Shown: in pieces, positions 23,610-36,186 of the stretch
Layout of the letters: each line of letters begins with the position of its first letter
How positions within the stretch are numbered: position 1 is the stretch's first letter
Assembly (NCBI RefSeq): GCF_035084215.1
Contig: NW_027139256.1
Location: 62,001-126,000, forward strand
Length of the DNA: 64,000 nucleotides
Direction: 5' to 3'
Source of the DNA: Heptranchias perlo
Lineage: Eukaryota
Made by a program: the position numbers and the translations under genes
Notes under the pieces: model-generated
Databases searched by the model: none
The model's input: only the letters and a program-made list of their open reading frames with translations
What the model was told of the DNA's origin: nothing

Positions 23610-26600
23610 TGACTTTACAATGCAGGGTTACTTGGTAATGCAACGAGTTACTTGGTAATGCACCGAGTTACTTTGTAAATACAGGGTTACTGCAACGAGT
23701 TACTTTGTAATGCAGGGTTACTTTGTAATGCACCGAGTTACTTTGTAAATACAGGGTTACTGCACCGAGTTACTTTGTAATGCAGGGTTACTGCACCGAG
23801 TTACTTTGTAATACAGGGTTACTGCACAGAGTTACTTTGTAATACAGGGTTACTTTGTAATGCAACGAGTTACTTTGTAATACAGGGTTACTGCACCGAG
23901 TTACTTTGTAATGCAGGGTTACTTTGTAATGCAACGAGTTACTTTGTAATACAGGGTTACTGCACCGAGTTACTTTGTAAATACAGGGTTACTGCACCGA
24001 GTTACTTTGTAAATACAGGGTTACTGCAGCGAGTTACTTTGTAAATACAGGGTTACTGCAGCGAGTTACTTTGTAAATACAGGGTTACTGCAACGAGTTA
24101 CTTTGTAAATACAGGGTTACTGCAGCGAGTTACTTTGTAAATACAGGGTTACTGCAGCGAGTTACTTTGTAAATACAGGGTTACTGCAGCGAGTTACTTT
24201 GTAAATACAGGGTTACTGCAGCGAGTTACTTTGTAATACAGGGTTACTGCACCGAGTTACTTTGTAATACAGGGTTACTGCACCGAGTTACTTTGTAATA
24301 CAGGGTTACTGCACCGAGTTACTTTGTAATACAGGGTTACTGCACCGAGTTACTTTGTAATACAGGGTTACTTTGTAATGCAACGAGTTACTTTGTAATA
24401 CAGGGTTACTGCAACGAGTTACTTTGTAATACAGGGTTACTGCACCGAGTTACTTTGTAATACAGGGTTACTTTGTAATGCAACGAGTTACTTTGTAAAT
24501 ACAGGGTTACTGCAACGAGTTACTTTGTAAATACAGGGTTACTGCAACGAGTTACTTTGTAAATACAGGGTTACTGCAACGAGTTACTTTGTAAATACAG
24601 GGTTACTGCAACGAGTTACTTTGTAAATACAGGGTTACTGCACCGAGTTACTTTGTAATGCAGGGTTACTTTGTAATGCAACGAGTTACTTTGTAATACA
24701 GGGTTACTGCAGTGAGTTACTTTGTAATACAGGGTTACTGCAGTGAGTTACTTTGTAATACAGGGTTACTGCAGTGAGTTACTTTGTAAATACAGGGTTA
24801 CTGCAGCGAGTTACTTTGTAAATACAGGGTTACTGCAGCGAGTTACTTTGTAATACAGGGTTACTGCAGCGAGTTACTTTGTAAATACAGGGTCACTGCA
24901 CCGAGTTACTTTGTAATACAGGGTTACTTTGTAATGCAACGAGTTACTTTGTAATACAGGGTTACTTTGTAATGCACCGAGTTACTTTGTAAATACAGGG
25001 TTACTGCAACGAGTTACTTTGTAAATACAGGGTTACTGCAACGAGTTACTTTGTAAATACAGGGTTACTGCACTGAGTTACTTTGTAAATACAGGGTTAC
25101 TGCAACGAGTTACTTTGTAATACAGGGTTACTGCACCGAGTTACTTTGTAATACAGGGTTACTGCACAGAGTTACTTTGTAATACAGGGTTACTTTGTAA
25201 TGCAACGAGTTACTTTGTAATACAGGGTTACTGCACCGAGTTACTTTGTAATGCAGGGTTACTTTGTAATGCAACGAGTTACTTTGTAATACAGGGTTAC
25301 TGCACCGAGTTACTTTGTAAATACAGGGTTACTGCACCGAGTTACTTTGTAAATACAGGGTTACTGCAGCGAGTTACTTTGTAAATACAGGGTTACTGCA
25401 GCGAGTTACTTTGTAAATACAGGGTTACTGCAACGAGTTACTTTGTAAATACAGGGTTACTGCAGCGAGTTACTTTGTAAATACAGGGTTACTGCAGCGA
25501 GTTACTTTGTAAATACAGGGTTACTGCAGCGAGTTACTTTGTAAATACAGGGTTACTGCAGCGAGTTACTTTGTAATACAGGGTTACTGCACCGAGTTAC
25601 TTTGTAATACAGGGTTACTGCACCGAGTTACTTTGTAATACAGGGTTACTGCACCGAGTTACTTTGTAATACAGGGTTACTGCACCGAGTTACTTTGTAA
25701 TACAGGGTTACTTTGTAATGCAACGAGTTACTTTGTAATACAGGGTTACTGCAACGAGTTACTTTGTAATACAGGGTTACTGCACCGAGTTACTTTGTAA
25801 TACAGGGTTACTTTGTAATGCAACGAGTTACTTTGTAAATACAGGGTTACTGCAACGAGTTACTTTGTAAATACAGGGTTACTGCAACGAGTTACTTTGT
25901 AAATACAGGGTTACTGCAACGAGTTACTTTGTAAATACAGGGTTACTGCAACGAGTTACTTTGTAAATACAGGGTTACTGCACCGAGTTACTTTGTAATG
26001 CAGGGTTACTTTGTAATGCAACGAGTTACTTTGTAATACAGGGTTACTGCAGTGAGTTACTTTGTAATACAGGGTTACTGCAGTGAGTTACTTTGTAATA
26101 CAGGGTTACTGCAGTGAGTTACTTTGTAATACAGGGTTACTGCAGTGAGTTACTTTGTAAATACAGGGTTACTGCAGCGAGTTACTTTGTAAATACAGGG
26201 TTACTGCAGCGAGTTACTTTGTAATACAGGGTTACTGCAGCGAGTTACTTTGTAAATACAGGGTCACTGCACCGAGTTACTTTGTAATACAGGGTTACTT
26301 TGTAATGCAACGAGTTACTTTGTAATACAGGGTTACTTTGTAATGCACCGAGTTACTTTGTAAATACAGGGTTACTGCAACGAGTTACTTTGTAAATACA
26401 GGGTTACTGCAACGAGTTACTTTGTAAATACAGGGTTACTGCACTGAGTTACTTTGTAAATACAGGGTTACTGCAACGAGTTACTTTGTAATACAGGGTT
26501 ACTGCACCGAGTTACTTTGTAATACAGGGTTACTGCACTGAGTTACTTTGTAAATACAGGGTTACTGCAACGAGTTACTTTGTAATACAGGGTTACTGCA

Positions 26601-28542
26601 ACGAGTTACTTTGTAATACAGGGTTACTGCACCGAGTTACTTTGTAATGCAGGGTTACTTTGTAATGCACCGAGTTACTTTGTAAATACAGGGTTACTGC
26701 AACGAGTTACTTTGTAATGCAGGGTTACTTTGTAATGCAGGGTTACTTTGTAATGCAGGGTTACTTTGTAATGCAACGAGTTACTTTGTAATGCAGGGTT
26801 ACTTTGTAAATACAGGGTTACTGCAGCGAGTTACTTTGTAAATACAGGGTTACTGCAGCGAGTTACTTTGTAATACAGGGTTACTGCACCGAGTTACTTT
26901 GTAATACAGGGTTACTGCACCGAGTTACTTTGTAATACAGGGTTACTGCACCGAGTTACTTTGTAATACAGGGTTACTGCACCGAGTTACTTTGTAATAC
27001 AGGGTTACTTTGTAATGCAACGAGTTACTTTGTAATACAGGGTTACTGCAACGAGTTACTTTGTAATACAGGGTTACTGCACCGAGTTACTTTGTAATAC
27101 AGGGTTACTTTGTAATGCAACGAGTTACTTTGTAAATACAGGGTTACTGCAACGAGTTACTTTGTAAATACAGGGTTACTGCAACGAGTTACTTTGTAAA
27201 TACAGGGTTACTGCAACGAGTTACTTTGTAAATACAGGGTTACTGCAACGAGTTACTTTGTAAATACAGGGTTACTGCACCGAGTTACTTTGTAATGCAG
27301 GGTTACTTTGTAATGCAACGAGTTACTTTGTAATACAGGGTTACTGCACCGAGTTACTTTGTAATACAGGGTTACTGCAGTGAGTTACTTTGTAATACAG
27401 GGTTACTGCAGTGAGTTACTTTGTAATACAGGGTTACTGCAGTGAGTTACTTTGTAAATACAGGGTTACTGCAGCGAGTTACTTTGTAAATACAGGGTTA
27501 CTGCAGCGAGTTACTTTGTAATACAGGGTTACTGCAGCGAGTTACTTTGTAAATACAGGGTCACTGCACCGAGTTACTTTGTAATACAGGGTTACTTTGT
27601 AATGCAACGAGTTACTTTGTAATACAGGGTTACTTTGTAATGCACCGAGTTACTTTGTAAATACAGGGTTACTGCAACGAGTTACTTTGTAAATACAGGG
27701 TTACTGCAACGAGTTACTTTGTAAATACAGGGTTACTGCACTGAGTTACTTTGTAAATACAGGGTTACTGCAACGAGTTACTTTGTAATACAGGGTTACT
27801 GCACCGAGTTACTTTGTAATACAGGGTTACTGCACTGAGTTACTTTGTAAATACAGGGTTACTGCAACGAGTTACTTTGTAATACAGGGTTACTGCACCG
27901 AGTTACTTTGTAATACAGGGTTACTGCACCGAGTTACTTTGTAATGCAGGGTTACTTTGTAATGCACCGAGTTACTTTGTAAATACAGGGTTACTGCAAC
28001 GAGTTACTTTGTAATGCAGGGTTACTTTGTAATGCAGGGTTACTTTGTAATGCAGGGTTACTTTGTAATGCAACGAGTTACTTTGTAATACAGGGTTACT
28101 GCAATGAGTTACTTTGTAATGCAGGGTTACTTTGTAATGCACCGAGTTACTTTGTAAATACAGGGTTACTGCACCGAGTTACTTTGTAAATACAGGGTTA
28201 CTGCAACGAGTTACTTTGTAAATACAGGGTTACTGCAACGAGTTACTTTGTAAATACAGGGTTACTGCAACGAGTTACTTTGTAAATACAGGGTTACTGC
28301 ACCGAGTTACTTTGTAATACAGGGTTACTGCACCGAGTTACTTTGTAATGCAGGGTTACTTTGTAATGCAACGAGTTACTTTGTAAATACAGGGTTACTG
28401 CACTGAGTTACTTTGTAAATACAGGGTTACTGCACTGAGTTACTTTGTAATGCAGGGTTACTTTGTAATGCAACGAGTTACTTTGTAATGCAGGGTTACT
28501 TTGTAATACAGGGTTACTGCACCGAGTTACTTTGCAATGCAC
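23610..28542. repeat. ~4.9-kb satellite with a 31/32-bp unit (gagttactttgtaa[a]tacagggttactgca[a/c/g]c) and a higher-order repeat
   Basis: Tandem periodicity. The rare variant ggtcactgca recurs at 24891, 26262 and 27559. Confidence 0.96.
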
Positions 28543-28584
28543 CTTACAACACCAGGTTTATAGTCCAACAATTTTATTTTAAAA

Positions 28585-28621
28585 TCACAAGCTTTCGGAG
28601 ATTATCTCCTTCGTCAGGTGA
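28585..28621 (-). ncRNA. Hammerhead motif with a compensatory stem II (ggaga/uaa/ucucc)
   Basis: CUGACGA...GAAAgcuu core; stem I ucac/guga. Confidence 0.85.
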
Positions 28622-28937
28622 GTGAGTGAAAGGTTCTCAAATCGCGTATCTTATATTAGGCTGGGACACGCTCACACCAATCAAAGGTGTCGTTGATGTT
28701 CAGGCAGGTTAGCCACAGAAAACAGTTCTGAATACACAATGGGTCAGGTTACAAAGCCAGAGAGAGAAAGAGACCCGAAAGGCAGAGAGAGAGAGAATGT
28801 CCAGTTGTATTAAAAACAGATAACTTTTTTTTCCCCTGCTTACGTGTAGCGTGACATGAACCCAAGATCCCGGTTGAGGCCGTCCTTATGGGTGCGGAAC
28901 TTGCTAATATATGCTGTGAGATCTTAGAATACTTCAC

Positions 28938-28974
28938 TCACCTGATGAAGGAGGTAAGCTCCGAAAGCTTGTGA
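28938..28974 (+). ncRNA. Hammerhead motif (CUGAUGA core, 4-bp stem II)
   Basis: tcac-ctgatga-a-ggag/gtaag/ctcc-gaaa-gctt-gtga. Confidence 0.78.
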
Positions 28975-29239
28975 TTTTCAAATAAAACTGTTGGACTATA
29001 ACCTGGTGTTGTAAGATTCCTTAAATTTGTCCACCCCGGTCCATCACCGGCATCTCCACATCAGAGAGGGAGAAAGGGTGAGAGACAGACAGACAGACAG
29101 AGAGAGGGAGAGACAGAGATGTAATAAAGATCTTGCATTGAGACAGCGCCCGTTCACGACCAGTGAGTGACTTTGCAATGCACCGGGTTACTTTGCAATG
29201 CAAGGGGTTACTTTGGATTACAAAGTATCATTGCATTAT

Positions 29240-30236
29240 AATGAGACAGAGCAGCCAATTTGTGCACAGCAAGGTCCCACCAACCAGCCATAGAATTAAT
29301 GACCAGATCATCTGCTTTTGGTTGAGGGATAAACATTGGCCACAAGACCAGGACAACTCCCCTGCTCTTCTTCCAATATTGAGTTACATGAATTTATAAA
29401 TAGAGGCATAGAGTATCTTTATTAAAACACTGGTTCGGCCACAACTGGAGTATTGTGTCCAATTCTGGGCACCGCACTTTCGGAAGGATGTCAAGGCCTT
29501 TAGAGAGGGTGCAGAAACGATTTACTGGAATGGTTCCAGGGATGAGGGGCTTCAGTTTTGTGGAGAAGCTGGGATTGTTCTCCTGAGAGCAGAGAAGGTT
29601 AAGAGGAGATTTGATAGAGGTGTTCAAAATCACGAAGGAAAGTAAATAAAGAGAAACTGTTCCCATTGGCGGAAGGGTCGAGAACCAGAGGACACAGATT
29701 TAAAATAATTGGCAAAAGAACCAAAGGCGACGTGAGGAAAAACTTTTTTACCCAGCGAGTGGTTAGGATCTGGAATGCTCTGCCCGAGGGGGCGGTGGAG
29801 GCAGATTCAATCATGGCCTTCAAAAGGGAACTGGATAAATATTTGAAGGGGGGGGGGGGAATTTGCAGGGCCGCAAGGAAAGAGCGGGGGAATGGGACTA
29901 ACTGGATCGCTCTTACAAAGAGCCAGCACAGGCTCAGTTGTCCGATTGGCCTCCTCCTGTGCTGTAACGATTCTATACATGGAAACTACAGCACGGAAAC
30001 AGGCCATTCGGCCCGACTGGACTATGCCGGCGTTTGTACTCCTCCTGAGCCTCCTCCCTACTTTATCAAACCCGATCAGGACACCCCTCTATTCCTTTTC
30101 CCCTTGTGTACTCATTAACTTCCCCTTAAATGCCTCTATGCCATGGCGCCATGGGATCCCTGCCGTCCACCCGAGAGGGCAGACGGGGCATCGTTTTAAA
30201 GTTTCGTTCAAAAGACAGCACCTCTGGCGGTGCGGC
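29240..30236 (-). mobile_element. SacSINE1/Deu-like SINE split by inserted CR1 fragments (29400..~30135)
   Basis: gcacagcaaggtcccac...gagggataaacattggcc...cccctgctcttc continues at gccatgggatc...gagagggcagacgggg...gacagcacctc. The family name is from recall. Confidence 0.65.
29400..29975 (+). mobile_element. CR1 3' fragment
   Basis: LVRPQLEYCVQFWAP...KNFFTQRVVRIWNALP. Confidence 0.88.
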
Positions 30237-30379
30237 TGTTAACCTTTCTGAACTCGTTTTTGCAGGGGGTTAGAAGTGGAGCGTTTGCAGACGGGAAGCT
30301 CGAACCAAACATCGTGACAGGATCTGACGGGAGACGCTCGATTCGTCGGGAAGCCGAACGTCGTCGGCCCCTTTTGCGC

Positions 30380-31087
30380 ATGGAAGGAGAGTGCGCCGGT
30401 CGAGGCGCGGACAAACCGCACGCGCGTCCCGCGTGTGGACGGGGATTCGACCTGTCGCCCCGTCTGCGGGGGCACCAGGGCGGTCGCACCAGGGAGAGGC
30501 CGTATAAATGCGGTGAGTGCGGGAAGGGATTCGTCTACCCTTCTGGGCTGGAGAGGCACAGACGCAGTCACACCGGGGAGAGGCCGTATCGATGCGGGGA
30601 CTGCGGGAAGGGATTCGGATGCCTGTCTACGTTGGACGCTCATCGGCGCATTCACACCGGGGAGAGGCCGTTCACCTGCTCCGTCTGCGGGAAGGGATTC
30701 ACTTGTTCGTCCAACCTGTACGCGCACCAGTCGGTTCACACCGGGGAGAGGCCGTTCAAGTGTACTGACTGCGGGAAGAGCTTTAAAAGCTCCCAGCACC
30801 TGAACTTGCACCAGCGCGTTCACACCGACGAGAGGCCGTTCGGGTGCTCCGACTGCGGGAAGAGGTTCCGGGGCTCGTCCGATCTGCTGAAACACCGGAG
30901 AATTCACACCGGGGAGAGGCCGTTCGCCTGCTCCGAGTGCGGGAAAGAATTCGCACGGACAAACAACCTGCTCAAACACCAGAGAATTCACACCGATGAG
31001 AGGCCGTTCTCCTGCTCCGTGTGCGGGAAAGGGTTCACTCAGTCGTCGGCCCTGCATAGACACCAGCGAGTTCACGCCGGGAAGTAG
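30380..31087 (+). CDS. C2H2 zinc-finger protein D (7 intact fingers plus a degenerate first finger)
   Basis: ORF track; acceptor tttttgcag| at 30265; ATG at 30380 (MEGE start as in paralogs). Confidence 0.88.
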   Translation: MEGECAGRGADKPHARPACGRGFDLSPRLRGHQGGRTRERPYKCGECGKGFVYPSGLERHRRSHTGERPYRCGDCGKGFGCLSTLDAHRRIHTGERPFTCSVCGKGFTCSSNLYAHQSVHTGERPFKCTDCGKSFKSSQHLNLHQRVHTDERPFGCSDCGKRFRGSSDLLKHRRIHTGERPFACSECGKEFARTNNLLKHQRIHTDERPFSCSVCGKGFTQSSALHRHQRVHAGK

Positions 31088-31349
31088 CTGTTCATTGAAT
31101 CATCTAACCTGTTTTAGACATCAGCGAGTTCACAGTGACGAGACCCCGATTTTAAATATTCTGACTGTGTGGGAAGAGCTTTAAACGCTCCCGGGACCTG
31201 AAGCGACATCAAGGCATCCGCACCGGGGTGAGTTCACCTGCTCCGTGTGCGGGAAGGGATTCGCCCAATCGTGCAACCTGCAGAGAGACCAGCTAGTTCA
31301 CAGCGGGGGAGAGTTCACCTGCGGAGTGCGCGGGAAAGGATTTCCTGGT

Positions 31350-31726
31350 ACGTTCACAATCGTGAGGGGTCTGGACAGAGTAGATGGGGAGAAAGCGTTC
31401 CCGTTGGCGGAAGGGTCGAGAACCGGAGGACTCGGATTTCAGGTAATTGGCAAAAGAACCAAAGGCGACATGAGGAAAAACGTTTCTTTACCCAGCGAGT
31501 GGTTGGGACCTGGAATGCGCTGCCCGAGGCGGGCGGTGGAGGCAGATTCGCTGGTGGCCTTCAAAAGGGAACTGGATAAGCACTTTGAAGGAAAAAAAAC
31601 ATCTGCAGGGCTGCGGGGATAGGGCGGGCGGAGGGAGCGGGACTGGCTGGATTGCACTGGCAGGGAGCCGGCACGGGCTCGCCGGGCCGAATGGCCTCCT
31701 TCTGAGCTGCAACCTTTCCATGATTC
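31350..31726 (+). mobile_element. CR1 3' fragment
   Basis: GLDRVDGEKAFPLAEGSRT...FFTQRVVGTWNALP. Confidence 0.82.
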
Positions 31727-31969
31727 GGTGTGACGCGCCCTCTTCGTCGCCTGGGTGGCGACCTGCGTCTGATTCCGCTCCTGCGAGGCGCCTTGGGGCG
31801 TTTTCAGAGGATGAAGGTGCTGGAAAATGCAAGTTTTTTTTTTGTCTGTAATGGGTTGTGGTAATATGAATAAAAAGTAATAATCAGACGCCTGATAGTT
31901 TCCTGCTTCTCCAGCTTGTTTTAAAAGGTGCCTGCGTACAAATAAATACCCTAAAAACCTGTTTAAATG

Positions 31970-32253
31970 GAATAAACCCCACCTCAGACCCTGAACCAGG
32001 GCCTGCAGCAAGTCGTTGCCCTGACGACCGAGACGGCGCAAGTCCCGCCCCCCGATTGGTTGGAGGACCCGCCGCCGCCCTCGGTCCTCCAGGCGCCGCC
32101 CCCTCGCTCCCTATTGGTCCGGAGCTCACGTCAATCACCCCCGCGGATCACGTGTCCTCCCTCCCTGAGAAGGATCACCTGCTCCGCCGAGGCTGAATCC
32201 GCTCCGTTCGGTGCCCGGGGAACCCTCGCACTCTCCGGTTTGGCGGGGTTTTT
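31970..32253 (+). promoter_or_regulatory. Conserved promoter-like module P4 (upstream of ZNF-E)
   Basis: Same ordered motifs as P1; about 100 bp after the polyA block. Confidence 0.7.
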
Positions 32254-32384
32254 ATATCCTTTATCTCTCTCTCTCTCTCCTCACTCACACTCTCTCTCTC
32301 TGTGATAAAACTCACTTTCCGCCGGTGATTCGGTCTCTCGACGGTTTACCGACCTGACCCAGAGTGCTCCGTCCGCTGTCCTAT

Positions 32385-32631
32385 AGCGCAGGCGCACTAG
32401 GAGCTCATTCCGGGGACCGGCGCGGACTGAAGCCACACAGTGGCGCATGCGCGCTCTCAATCACCCTCCCCCCCCCCCCACACACGCAGTGGCGCATGCG
32501 CGCTCTCAATCCCCCTCCTCCCCTCACACAGCGGCGCATGCGCGTTCCCAATCACCATCCTCGTCCAACACGCCAGCGGCGCATGCGCGTTATCAATCCC
32601 CCCTGCGGCGCATGCGCAGTCTCAGGTGAGC
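32385..32631 (+). promoter_or_regulatory. Cluster of five GCGCATGCGC (NRF1-like) sites ending in a candidate donor cag|gtgagc
   Basis: Direct motif repeats. Homologous ends occur at ~46183 (cag|gtgggg) and ~50668. Confidence 0.6.
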
Positions 32632-33664
32632 TGGGCAGACAAGGATGCAGATGTTTCTTCCCCCTGTCAATCACGCCCTGCAGACCCGCCCCTGCTGCAA
32701 GTGACTGGGATTGATTTCATGCAGGCAAATTTGCATGTTAACCAAACCCCCCCCCCCCCCACCCACCCTAACCAACTCTCTGCAATAAGTTTTGGTCATG
32801 TGCCCTGTTTGCTTGTGGTTGGCAGGGACTCTGGTCCCCGCTGCAGCTGTTCAAACAGCCTCTTGTGTAGCTGCAGCTGTTCAAACACACTCTGCTGAGC
32901 AAATAAGACCTGTGTTTGAGGACTGCCTCAAGCCCCGCCTCGCCTCCGACTCGGGGGGGGGGGGGGGGCTGACACAGTGGGGACACTCTGTGGGACCGGC
33001 CGCGGTCTGGGGGGAATCGAGGGAGCAGATTGACTGGGGAGTGAAATGTTGGGCCAGTAACGCAAGGTCGGTGCAGAGGCACTGGGGCGGTTGCACCTTT
33101 TGCGCTGCTTTAAAGTTGCAGCGATGCTTGCTTTGACAATTTTCTGCTTAAACCTGCTCCCTTTCTTTAAAACAAAAAGCTCCCTGCTTTAAAGGAGGTT
33201 CCATTCCCCTGTCTGTGCTGAGTTTGCTGAACCGGGGCAGCAGGTGAACTGTTAAACCTGGCTTCAGTACTCCTGGCCTGGGAAGAGGAAGAGGCAGCCA
33301 CAGTTTCTATTGCTGCAAGTTCCCCAGCGATCCCTACGTGTATGTGGACACAGGGTGGAGACTGGATTGGACTCTGTCTTGTTGACACTTCCCCCTGCGT
33401 GGTCACGACACCTTTGCAAACATTCACCTGCTTTCCCAGCTTCCCTCGGGATCCACGGATGGAAACCGTCAGGTCCTGGGGCTTTGTCTGTCTTCAGTTT
33501 GAGTCATTTCCATAGTCCCATTTCTCTCTGAATAATAACCTCCACACCCACCTCTGGTGGTTTGACAAGCCCAATATCGACCCCCCCTCGGTGAACACAG
33601 AGGCCGAGTTCTTATTGAGTTTCTCTGCCATTCCCTCACTCCTCACTACACTCCACTACTTTGT

Positions 33665-34410
33665 AAATGGTGAAAAGCTCAAAACAGTGGGAGGTCCAAA
33701 GAGATTTAGGGATCCATGTACACAGATCATTAAAATGTCATGGACAGGTACAGAAAATAATCAATAAGGCTAATGGAATGCTGGCCTTTATATCCAGAGG
33801 ACTAGAATACAAGGGGGTAGAAGTTATGCTGCAGCTAATCAAAACCCTGGTTAGACCGCACCTGGAGTACTGTGAGCAGTTCTGGGCACCGCACCTTAGG
33901 AAGGACATATTGGCCTTGGAGGGAGTGCAGCGCAGATTTACTAGAATGATACCCGGACTCCAAGGGTTAAATTACGAGGAGAGATTACACAAATTGGGGT
34001 TGTATTCTCTGGAATTTAGAAGATTAAGGGGTGGTTTGATTGACGTTTTCAAGATATTAAGGGGAACTGATAGGGTAGATAGAGAGAAACTATTTCCGCT
34101 GGTTGGGGAGTCTAGGACTAGGGGACACAGCCTAAAAACTAGAGCCAGGACTTTCAGGAGTGAAGTTTGGAAACACTTCTACACACAAAGGGTGGGAGAA
34201 GTTTGGAACTCACTTCCGCAAACAGCAGTTGATGCTAGCTCAATCGTTAGTTTTAAATCTGAGATTGATAGAGGTTTGTTAATCTAAGGGTATTAAGGGA
34301 TATGGGGCTGAGGCGGGAAGATGGAGTCAGGTCACAGATCAGCCATGATCTCACTGAATGGCGGAACAAGCTCGAGGGGCTAAATGACCCCCTCCTGTTC
34401 CTATGTTCCT
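33665..34410 (+). mobile_element. CR1 ORF2 3' fragment
   Basis: ORF 33667..34287 encodes the RT C-terminus, followed by a 3' UTR. Confidence 0.92.
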
Positions 34411-34567
34411 ACACACTCGCCTCCGGTATCCCTTAGCAGCCCTACCCCTACCCTGACTCTCCTCTTCCCACTAATGTGCCCAAAGAAGGCCTTTTTATTG
34501 CTTCTTGATGAAAATTAGCAAACGAAAATGCTCCCACTTACCCTTTCGAAACTCGTTTTTCAGTGTA

Positions 34568-35296
34568 ATGGAAATGGAGCATTTACAGACGGGAAGCTCA
34601 CACCAAACATCGCGTCAAGATCTGACCGAGTCGCTCGATTCAGCGGGACTTGAATATCATCGGCCTTTGGACGTGGAAGGAGAGAGCACCGTTCACAGCG
34701 CGGTCCAACCGCACACCTGTTACGTGTGCGGACGCGGATTCAGCCGATCGTCCAACCTGGCCAGACACAGGCGCACTCACACCGGCGTGACGCCGTGTAT
34801 ATGTGGGGTCTGCGGGAAGGGGTTCAACTGCCCGTCCGCCTTGGAACTTCATCGGTGCAGTGGCTCCGGGGACAGCCTGACCACCTGCTCCGTGTGCGGG
34901 AGGGAATTCGCCCAGTCGTCCAGCCTGCTGAGGCACCAGCGGGTTCACACCGGGGAGAGGCCGTTCACCTGCTCCGTGTGCGGGAAGGGGTTCTCTCAGT
35001 CGTCCACCCTGCAGAGGCACCAGCTTGTTCACACCGACGAGAGGCCCTTTAAATGTTCCGACTGCGGCAAGAGCTTTAAAAGCTCCCAGGACCTGAAGAT
35101 ACACCAGCGCATTCACACCGGGGAGAGGCCGTTCGCCTGCTCCGTGTGCGGGAAGGGGTTCATCCAGTCGTACAACCTGCTGGCACACCAGCGTATTCAC
35201 ACTGGAGACAGAACGTTCGCCTGCTCCGTGTGCGGGAAGGGATTCACAGAGGCCTCTGAATTGTTGGCTCACCAGCGACTTCACACTGTTCTGTAG
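34568..35296 (+). CDS. C2H2 zinc-finger protein E (6 intact fingers plus 1 degenerate) with an intact N-terminal leader peptide
   Basis: Acceptor tttttcag| at 34563; ATG at 34568; reads MEMEHLQTGSSHQTSRQDLTESLDSAGLEYHRPL before the fingers. Confidence 0.86.
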   Translation: MEMEHLQTGSSHQTSRQDLTESLDSAGLEYHRPLDVEGESTVHSAVQPHTCYVCGRGFSRSSNLARHRRTHTGVTPCICGVCGKGFNCPSALELHRCSGSGDSLTTCSVCGREFAQSSSLLRHQRVHTGERPFTCSVCGKGFSQSSTLQRHQLVHTDERPFKCSDCGKSFKSSQDLKIHQRIHTGERPFACSVCGKGFIQSYNLLAHQRIHTGDRTFACSVCGKGFTEASELLAHQRLHTVL

Positions 35297-36186
35297 CGTG
35301 GGGCCCTGCAGACAGCAGTGGGGGGGGGGGGGTGGCGACATGAACGTGGAACAGATGAGGCTCGGGTGGATCAGAATCACCGGCGGAACGGCCTGTTTCT
35401 GGACTGTAAGTTCAACACACTGCTGTTTCATTTCTAAGACGGTTGTGCTGACGGTTCTGTTTATTTGACCTGTCGTGAGATTCTGTTCAGCACTTTGTCT
35501 TTTTCTGATGAATGCAACAACTCTGAGCCCTTGGTACCCGTGTTATGGGATTAATTGCCAGACGAGTAAATAGAGAATAAGCTCACGACCGTATAAGTGT
35601 GATATCCAGACGTGCGTTTGGTTATGGGTTGGTCACAGATGAACTAAATGCCCTGATTTAGCCGGAGTTCAGGAGGTGCTTCACAGAGGTACTAGAACAG
35701 GCCACTTAAATCGTTGCCAGTCGGGACAGACTCGAGAAGATTGTGTGTGAAGCCAGTGTATTTCTGTTCTCCCGATTCAGGGAATTATCACCGGATCCGG
35801 ATCACGCAGAGCTCTGAATAAAGCCCGGAGAGACCATTTTGTTCTTGTGAGCTTGATTATCCGGCATCTGAAACACTAAGACTCCCGATCATTATTCAGT
35901 GTGTGGAAAGAGATCCCCTGGTTTATCCCGCCTGATGACACACCACAGTCTCTACATTTGACTGCGGTGGTTCGATTCCACTGTTTCCTGTAAATCTATT
36001 ATAAAAACTCAGACAGTCCATTCACAACCCCTCAGATAATTAGGGGTTACGGGGAGCGGGCAGGAAATTGGACATGATTTTAGATTTGAGGTTAGGACCA
36101 GATCAGCCATGATCTTATTGAATGGCGGAGCAGGCTTGAGGGGCCGATTGGCCTACTCCTGCTCCTATTTCTTATGTTCTTATAAT

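Larger units (their letters stand above)
28543..29062. mobile_element. Penelope-like family 1 element with inverted termini
   Basis: cttacaacaccaggtt.atagtccaaca at the left and tgttggactataacctggtgttgtaag at the right; a GIY-YIG C-terminal remnant lies inside. Confidence 0.82.
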
